A stretch of DNA of 64,000 nt from an uncultured virus (IMG/VR IMGVR_UViG_3300030060_001311). Taxonomy: Duplodnaviria > Heunggongvirae > Uroviricota > Caudoviricetes. Of this stretch, positions 58,148 through 64,000 are shown piece after piece (the first letter of the stretch is position 1; each line of letters starts with the position of its first letter). Location: positions 1 to 64,000 of the IMG/VR virus record IMGVR_UViG_3300030060_001311; one strand, given 5' to 3'. The notes below the pieces were generated by a model, which ran no database searches, was not told where the DNA came from, and saw only the letters and a program-made list of their open reading frames with translations. A program made the translations under genes and the position numbers.

Positions 58148-58746
58148 AACCCACTCCTAAAAGTTAAATTAATTCTTTCACCTGCACCGATTAATTCTGG
58201 AATAGAATGGGTAGAAGTCATCTGACTATGCCCATCAAACATGATGGCATCGCCGTGTTCTAATAGATACCAACTTGTTCCCATAGGCGGGTTAGAATAA
58301 GATTTCCAAGGGCTGTTTTTTAGATAACTATCACTTGTATTAGTATGGTCTTTAATAACATACTCATAAGTAGACCACTCAAACACTCTAGGTGCACCAA
58401 AACTAACAGAAAAAACTACATCTTTTAATTTAGGAACTGTATCTGTATGATGTGGTATACCTTCGCCTTGATCAGAATAATAACCACAAAGACAAAAAGT
58501 AAATTCAATATCTCGTTTAAATTGTTTACTTGCTATTTTTTCTGCGGCTATTTTTATTAATTTTATTTCATGCGACCATGGTTCAGGCTCGTATAATTTA
58601 CCAGCATATTCAAAACTAGCATCACCAAACCCACGAGTCGGTCGACCTTTAACCATATTACCTTCAAACAAACGTTCTCGAGGTTCGTCCCATTTATCTA
58701 TTCCGTGTTCAAACTCTGCAAATATATGTTTTATGTGTTTAATCAT
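58144..58746 (-). CDS. AlkB-like 2OG-Fe(II) dioxygenase
   Basis: HTD, SVSFGA.R.F, L.HGD...F, H, RINLTFR. Confidence 0.8.
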   Translation of the reverse strand: MIKHIKHIFAEFEHGIDKWDEPRERLFEGNMVKGRPTRGFGDASFEYAGKLYEPEPWSHEIKLIKIAAEKIASKQFKRDIEFTFCLCGYYSDQGEGIPHHTDTVPKLKDVVFSVSFGAPRVFEWSTYEYVIKDHTNTSDSYLKNSPWKSYSNPPMGTSWYLLEHGDAIMFDGHSQMTSTHSIPELIGAGERINLTFRSGL

Positions 58747-60266
58747 AGTAAGTTATCGTTAAAATCTGGTAAGTCATGTGATTCGTCTTGTGCTTTAAAT
58801 TCTTCTATATACCAAACGTTTACTCCTCGTCCTTTTATATTAAAGAAATGTGGTTCTCCATGCAACTGTTTTAGTTTAGATGTTAATTTGTTTCTTTGAT
58901 AATCTTTAAAGTTATGTCGATGTAAATATTCCATTAAATCTCCTAGCCTGAAATAAGTTTTACCCTCATCTGTCCATGGTTTATGTAATAAAAGCTCATC
59001 ACGTTCTCTCGCAGGTCTTTCTGTACAAAAATTCTCTAATAGTTCTAAAAAATGCCCCTCTGTAGAACTTTCTTTAGGAACTTCTACTACGGTTAACGCG
59101 TCTAAGAGTTGCTGGATAATCTGTCTCCAGACGTTTTCCTTAACCTTCTGAGGTATCTTATTTAAAGAATCCATACATTTTCTTTGAAATCTATTTTGAT
59201 TTAATAAGTCATCGGTCTCTAATTCTAACCTTCCGCCCTCAACATCTAAGAACCAAATAGGTGGTTCACTATCTTGTTTAGTTAAATTACTAAATAACGG
59301 TGTGCCACCGTTAGCTCCAATTCCATATTTACGTGTTCGGCATAACGGACTATTACAATGACTAGCTATCGGCTGATCATTACATTTATAAAAATAATCT
59401 TTACGTTGTACTTGCTTACCAACAGTCAAAACTTCTTGTGCTCCTAACGGCGGTTGCATATACGTAATATTAACATCTTCTAATCTTTTTTCCCAATCGT
59501 CTGGATATTTCTTTCTAAGAAATACTCCTACATTAAATAATCCTGAGTTACGTGTGCCTTTAGGAAACCCTTGTACAATCAAATGTTGTATACAAGGCGG
59601 TGCTTGATCTAGCCATTCTATAGACTCGTTTAGAGGACTAGCTTCTAATTTTTCTAAAGCACTAGTTGTAAGTGTTAGTTCAGATGCATAGTTTAAAAAT
59701 TCTTCTGGACTTAATGCTCCACCGTCTTTACCATAGGCGTAACGTGTAGAGTTCTCTCCTCCAAAGTAAGGCATATTTAAGGTGCTGCCTCTATCACCAC
59801 GTTCTAATAACAGTTGTGTTTGTTTAGGAAATATTTCTGCTTGACCATAACCGATTGCCGCGGCTAGTTGTCTAAGCTTTCGTTGTAGCATTGAAGCTGC
59901 AACAGGCTCTTGTAGAAATATATAAATATGTGCTCCTCCACTTTTACTTCGACAAAGTATTAAAGGTAATTCTTGTTTAGCTAATTTTTTAGCTAAGTCT
60001 TTAAGATCAAGTTGATATTCATCAACATCAATCGCTCCCCACACACAGCTATTATTTTCATCAATCGCTACAATCCCTACGCTTTGACGACCAAGCAAAT
60101 GATCTTCCCATAACTTCAAAAGATCTGTATCAGATAACTCTTTTGATATAGTTATGTTTTTACCATTTGCCTTGCCATCTTCTCGAGTTTCATCACTTGC
60201 GGTAAACGTACCGTAAGCTTTTCGCAATCCAGCAAAGCGTGTAGCAAATTTCTCTGCTAACGACAT
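58743..60266 (-). CDS. DNA primase (AEP-like with C-terminal PriCT/Cys cluster)
   Basis: WGAIDVD, SKSGGAH, EIFPKQ, PPC, RNSGL, YKC...C...C. Confidence 0.75.
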   Translation of the reverse strand: MSLAEKFATRFAGLRKAYGTFTASDETREDGKANGKNITISKELSDTDLLKLWEDHLLGRQSVGIVAIDENNSCVWGAIDVDEYQLDLKDLAKKLAKQELPLILCRSKSGGAHIYIFLQEPVAASMLQRKLRQLAAAIGYGQAEIFPKQTQLLLERGDRGSTLNMPYFGGENSTRYAYGKDGGALSPEEFLNYASELTLTTSALEKLEASPLNESIEWLDQAPPCIQHLIVQGFPKGTRNSGLFNVGVFLRKKYPDDWEKRLEDVNITYMQPPLGAQEVLTVGKQVQRKDYFYKCNDQPIASHCNSPLCRTRKYGIGANGGTPLFSNLTKQDSEPPIWFLDVEGGRLELETDDLLNQNRFQRKCMDSLNKIPQKVKENVWRQIIQQLLDALTVVEVPKESSTEGHFLELLENFCTERPARERDELLLHKPWTDEGKTYFRLGDLMEYLHRHNFKDYQRNKLTSKLKQLHGEPHFFNIKGRGVNVWYIEEFKAQDESHDLPDFNDNLL

Positions 60267-60277
60267 ATAACTTCTCC

Positions 60278-61066
60278 TTATATTGCGTCGTCAAACGTAG
60301 TTTCTTTTACGTCATCTCTTTGCTGTTCCTCTTTTACTTGAACTTCTCCAGATCTAGCCGCAGACATAAAGTCTTTAGCAATCATTGCTATTGACATATC
60401 TGTTGCTCCCTCTTGATTAACTGAATAACCATTCCAACTACCTTTATCATTAGACTGAGTAGTTGTAGTAAGTCTATAAGTATACGCAAACATAGGAGCT
60501 TCAACAGAATCACCTTTGCTATTTTCTACTCTAGCCATTCTTAACATAGTTAGCCATTTCCTAGCAACACCTAATTGTGTAGAAGTAAATGTAACTACTG
60601 CTTGTTGTGGAGAGTCGCCACCTAATACTAAGACGAAAAACTGTGCAGTTTCTACAATCTCATTACCATCAGAAGTATAAGAACGTCTTGTTTCGGGATC
60701 TTTAGTGCATTTCGATAATATAGATATATCGTGGTTAGCGTTAACTAAACCACCGCCTTTTTCTCTAGGAACCCATTCGATATACTTTTTATTATAAGCA
60801 CACGGAACTATAACAATTCCTTTTTCTCCGTCATAAGATTCACCTGTAACAGTGTTATACAGATCACCTGCACTAGCACCTTCAACATAACTACCGTGTT
60901 GTTTTTGTAGTTGTGGTGACATTGGTTGAAGAACTCTTATGAAGGGGATCGCAAAATCCTCAGTTGTAGTATCTTCAAGTCCTGTACCGCCTGACAATAA
61001 AGTATCGTCAAAGGTACTGATCGCTGTAGCTTTAGTTTCAGCTACTTCATTTTTATTTTCTGCCAT
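60278..61066 (-). CDS. ssDNA-binding/annealing protein, putative
   Basis: Acidic C-tail TFDDAI; LQ.MSPQ, YIEW..R..GGG, NDKGSW. Confidence 0.55.
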   Translation of the reverse strand: MAENKNEVAETKATAISTFDDTLLSGGTGLEDTTTEDFAIPFIRVLQPMSPQLQKQHGSYVEGASAGDLYNTVTGESYDGEKGIVIVPCAYNKKYIEWVPREKGGGLVNANHDISILSKCTKDPETRRSYTSDGNEIVETAQFFVLVLGGDSPQQAVVTFTSTQLGVARKWLTMLRMARVENSKGDSVEAPMFAYTYRLTTTTQSNDKGSWNGYSVNQEGATDMSIAMIAKDFMSAARSGEVQVKEEQQRDDVKETTFDDAI

Positions 61067-61068
61067 AA

Positions 61069-61641
61069 TTAATCCTTTTTAATTGTTGCTTTAGTACCTA
61101 TATAGATACCAAAGGGCTCGGTTGGTATATCGTTACCCGATACGAATTGCTCTTTAACAAAAGCTTTTAACGTACTAGGGTGAACACTTTGACGCACTTC
61201 AGGTGATAGTCCTCTAGATTGCAGAGCCGAAACTGTTTCGTCTACGACTACGCTTTCCTCACGACCGAACTTTAAAAGAACTTCGTTCTTTATAAGCCCC
61301 TCATGACCGTTTTCTATTAACCACTGATATGCTACTTCTTGGTTTGCCTTCGATATGTGAGCGTTATAGAACTCAGCAATAGAGATTTTTTCTCCTGTGC
61401 TTAATACTATCTGATTTAAACCTGCGGATTGCATCGCGTCAGGTAATTCTTGCTCCGAAGTTAAACGAAGTTCTTCTTTCTTAGCTTTTAATTGTGCTTC
61501 TAAATCAGCTACTTGCGTAGCTAACTGAAGTTGTTTATTAGCCAAGGAAGAAACAAGAGAGAGTTCTCCATCGGTAACATTGTTTGTCCATTCCTGAACA
61601 GACTCCGTGCCGACTAAGTCCTCAAACGTTGGTTTTTTCAT
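61069..61641 (-). CDS. Conserved replication-module protein
   Basis: LPDAM..AG, WL.ENG...LIK, VHPSTLKAFVKE. Confidence 0.55.
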   Translation of the reverse strand: MKKPTFEDLVGTESVQEWTNNVTDGELSLVSSLANKQLQLATQVADLEAQLKAKKEELRLTSEQELPDAMQSAGLNQIVLSTGEKISIAEFYNAHISKANQEVAYQWLIENGHEGLIKNEVLLKFGREESVVVDETVSALQSRGLSPEVRQSVHPSTLKAFVKEQFVSGNDIPTEPFGIYIGTKATIKKD

Positions 61642-61960
61642 CTATTTCTCCTTTCTGGTGTAGATCGATATCAACAGGATAATATAACCTATCCTGCCTA
61701 TCCCACTTTAATATACTATATCTACCTCTGTTATAAAATGCAGCGATGGAACACGCTACGCCAATGGCGGCAGGATCGCCTATTAATAATAAATAATCTC
61801 CTTCTTTAAAATCCTGTAAGTATTTTTTCATCCTACGAACAGAAGGAGCAGCACTTAACATTATTTGTGTATTAGAAGGTAACAAAACTTCAAAATCACC
61901 ATAGCTTCTAGCTTGGGCGATATTGCGTCCTGGAACTTCTTGCACGACATATACTGTCAC
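61622..61960 (-). CDS. Conserved hypothetical protein
   Basis: VYVVQE, A..YG, DYLLL.GDP, LKWD. Confidence 0.55.
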   Translation of the reverse strand: MTVYVVQEVPGRNIAQARSYGDFEVLLPSNTQIMLSAAPSVRRMKKYLQDFKEGDYLLLIGDPAAIGVACSIAAFYNRGRYSILKWDRQDRLYYPVDIDLHQKGEIDEKTNV

Positions 61961-61991
61961 ATTTTTCTCCTTTCTTATTTCTAGAACTTAA

Positions 61992-62024
61992 ATAATATCT
62001 ACCAATTAAGACAAAGTAAAGCTA
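61992..62024 (-). promoter_or_regulatory. Early-type promoter heading replication operon
   Basis: GCTTTACT-N17-TATTAT. Confidence 0.65.
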
Positions 62025-62043
62025 TTAGTTATATAGTAGTTTT

Positions 62044-62213
62044 TAGAATTAAAAAGTTTATCGGAAAAATTTTTCAAAAACTACTAATATCGGTAATAAT
62101 CTAATAGATTTTAGAATAAATACAGTATTTCAGAGGGTTACAGTCTATTAGATTGTACGATTCAATCTATTAGAAACTAAGAATTCTATTAGAGGGCATG
62201 AGAAAACTATTTA
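62044..62213. repeat. Right arm of ~180-bp imperfect inverted repeat
   Basis: Reverse-complement match to 39852-40032; CTAATAG/CTATTAG heptamers. Confidence 0.85.
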
Positions 62214-62273
62214 GTTTGGGGCTTTTTATAAGTAAATTGTAATATATAATGGGATTAGAAATTAGAAAGATAT

Positions 62274-63716
62274 ATGCAGTATAAATTTAAAACAAAGCCT
62301 TATGAGCATCAACTTGAGGCGTTAAAAAGATCTTGGAATAAGAAAGAATACGCTTATTTCATGGAAATGGGAACAGGTAAATCTAAAGTTCTTATAGACA
62401 ATATCGCACTTCTATATGATAAAGGTGGGATAAACGCGGCTATCATCGTAGCACCCAAAGGTGTCTATCGTAACTGGTCTGGAAAAGAAATACCTGCTCA
62501 TATGCCTAACCATGTAGAACGACACCTAGGTGTATGGAATCCAGCACCCACAGTTAAACAAAAAACAGAGTTGTTAAAACTATTCGAAGTATCATCTGAA
62601 TTAAAAATATTAATTATTAATGTAGAAGCTTTTAGCACTAAAAAAGGCGTAGCTTTTGTTGAAAAGTTTATACTTGCTCACAACACACTAATCGCGGTTG
62701 ATGAATCTACGACTATTAAAAACCCAAAAGCACAACGAACTAAGAATTTATTAAAATTAGCAATAAATACCAAGTATCGTAGAATTCTTACAGGCTTTCC
62801 TGTTACTCAATCACCGTTAGATTTATATAGTCAAAGTGCATTTCTATCTACACAGTTATTAGGTTACTCATCGTTTTACTCATTTCAAAATAGATATGCG
62901 AAAATTATTAATAGAAGTATGGGGCAAAGAACTTTTAGACAAGTTGTTGGTTATCAAAATTTAGAAGAACTTACAGAAAATGTAAATGAGTTCTCTTACA
63001 GGGTGCTAAAGAAAGAATGCTTAGACTTACCCGATAAAGTATATCAACGCAGAGAAGTTGAACTTACACCTGAACAAAAGAAAGTTTATAAACAATTAAA
63101 AGATTATGCTATCGCACAATTAGAATCTAGTGAATTAGTAAGTGTTACTTCTGTTCTAACTCAGATTCTTAGATTACATCAAGTTGTTTGTGGTTTTGTT
63201 AAACACGATCAGGGTGAAGAAGTAGAAATTAAAAACAATCGTTTAGATAGTTTATTAGATGTATTAGCAGAAACTCAAGGCAAAGTTATTATATGGGCTA
63301 ATTATCAATACGATATTAAACGTATCTTAAAAACATTACACGATACTGTAGGCACAGAAGCAGTAGCAACCTACTATGGTGAAACGTTAGACGAAGATAG
63401 ACAACAGATAATTAAATCATTTCAAGATCCTAACTCACCACTTACTTATTTAATTAGTAATGTACAAACAGGTGGTTATGGTATTACGCTCACCGAAGCA
63501 AGTACCGTAATTTATTATTCTAATAATTATGATTTAGAAAAACGTTTACAATCGGAAGATAGGGCTCATCGTATAGGTCAAACAAACAAAGTTACTTATA
63601 TTGATTTAGTTGCTAAAGGTACGGTTGATGAAAAAATCGTAAAAGCTCTCAGAAATAAACTTGACCTAGCACAAGAAGTATTAGGTGATGAAAAGTGGAA
63701 AGACTGGATCGATTAG
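62274..63716 (+). CDS. SNF2-family (SF2) helicase
   Basis: EMGTGKS, VDES, LTGFP, GYGITL, QSEDRAHRIGQ. Confidence 0.9.
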   Translation: MQYKFKTKPYEHQLEALKRSWNKKEYAYFMEMGTGKSKVLIDNIALLYDKGGINAAIIVAPKGVYRNWSGKEIPAHMPNHVERHLGVWNPAPTVKQKTELLKLFEVSSELKILIINVEAFSTKKGVAFVEKFILAHNTLIAVDESTTIKNPKAQRTKNLLKLAINTKYRRILTGFPVTQSPLDLYSQSAFLSTQLLGYSSFYSFQNRYAKIINRSMGQRTFRQVVGYQNLEELTENVNEFSYRVLKKECLDLPDKVYQRREVELTPEQKKVYKQLKDYAIAQLESSELVSVTSVLTQILRLHQVVCGFVKHDQGEEVEIKNNRLDSLLDVLAETQGKVIIWANYQYDIKRILKTLHDTVGTEAVATYYGETLDEDRQQIIKSFQDPNSPLTYLISNVQTGGYGITLTEASTVIYYSNNYDLEKRLQSEDRAHRIGQTNKVTYIDLVAKGTVDEKIVKALRNKLDLAQEVLGDEKWKDWID

Positions 63717-64000
63717 TTTTTCTGCATATTAAAAGCACGAGAGTTTTTAAACACTTCTCTTAACTCATCTTTATCAGTCATAGTTCTGCCGCTCATGTTA
63801 TAACCCATAGGACTGATTGATTTTACAGATTCACTATTAAGAACAGGGTTTTCTTTAATACTGTTCATAATCATTTGTTTCATAGTTTCAGTATCTGATA
63901 AAGGCATACCGTCTTGAGCATATAAAGGTCCACCCATATACAGATCTTTGGGTATGGGTTTGCCTGTAATTTGTTCAACTACATCTGGATTTGTTTTAGC
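63713..64000 (-). CDS. C-terminal part of a late gene truncated by window end
   Basis: Frame of 63713..63937 stays open to 64000 (AKTNPDVVEQITGKPIPKDLYMGG...). Confidence 0.65.
   Translation of the reverse strand, partial: AKTNPDVVEQITGKPIPKDLYMGGPLYAQDGMPLSDTETMKQMIMNSIKENPVLNSESVKSISPMGYNMSGRTMTDKDELREVFKNSRAFNMQKN

Noticed and set aside
8408..58899. Numerous short plus-strand ORFs (e.g. 9639, 11925, 21872, 28243, 45031, 47369)
   Set aside because: Antisense shadows of real minus-strand genes or low-complexity tracts; no RBS, unnatural composition
1..64000. Prophage or temperate status
   Set aside because: No integrase, att-like flanks, repressor pair or host genes recognised in the window

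Overview
Near-complete genome of an AT-rich tailed dsDNA phage (Caudoviricetes, podovirus-type: portal, adaptor, nozzle, ejection proteins, no tape measure or sheath) infecting a Gram-negative host (spanin-like pair, lipoprotein). Its gene content is typical of marine proteobacterial phages. Nearly all genes are on the minus strand; only the SNF2-type helicase is on plus. The window appears circularly permuted, because a late gene runs off both ends. Layout: 1-37.8 kb late/virion module (TerL, portal, GroES, scaffold, Mu-gpT-like capsid, tail, fibres, lysozyme, ejection proteins, a secreted-protein cassette); 37.8-40.0 kb strand-skewed repeat region with TerS and two winged-helix paralogues; 40-50.8 kb early cassettes behind ~12 copies of one sigma70-like promoter; 50.8-63.7 kb replication genes (PolA, UvrD, primase, SSB-like, SNF2). 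Highlights: (1) a thymidine-hypermodification cassette (dUMP hydroxymethylase-like + stand-alone aGPT-Pplase1/HMUDK-helical + SAM methyltransferase + Nmad1-like) with no recognisable P-loop kinase or amino-acid transferase; (2) two large structured ncRNA candidates bracketing a MazG operon; (3) a ~180-bp imperfect inverted repeat flanking the 22-kb early/replication block; (4) three paralogous wHTH proteins with operator-like sites; (5) a Mu-gpT-DE-like RNA pseudoknot after the capsid gene. All calls come from motif recognition by eye; no database searches were run.
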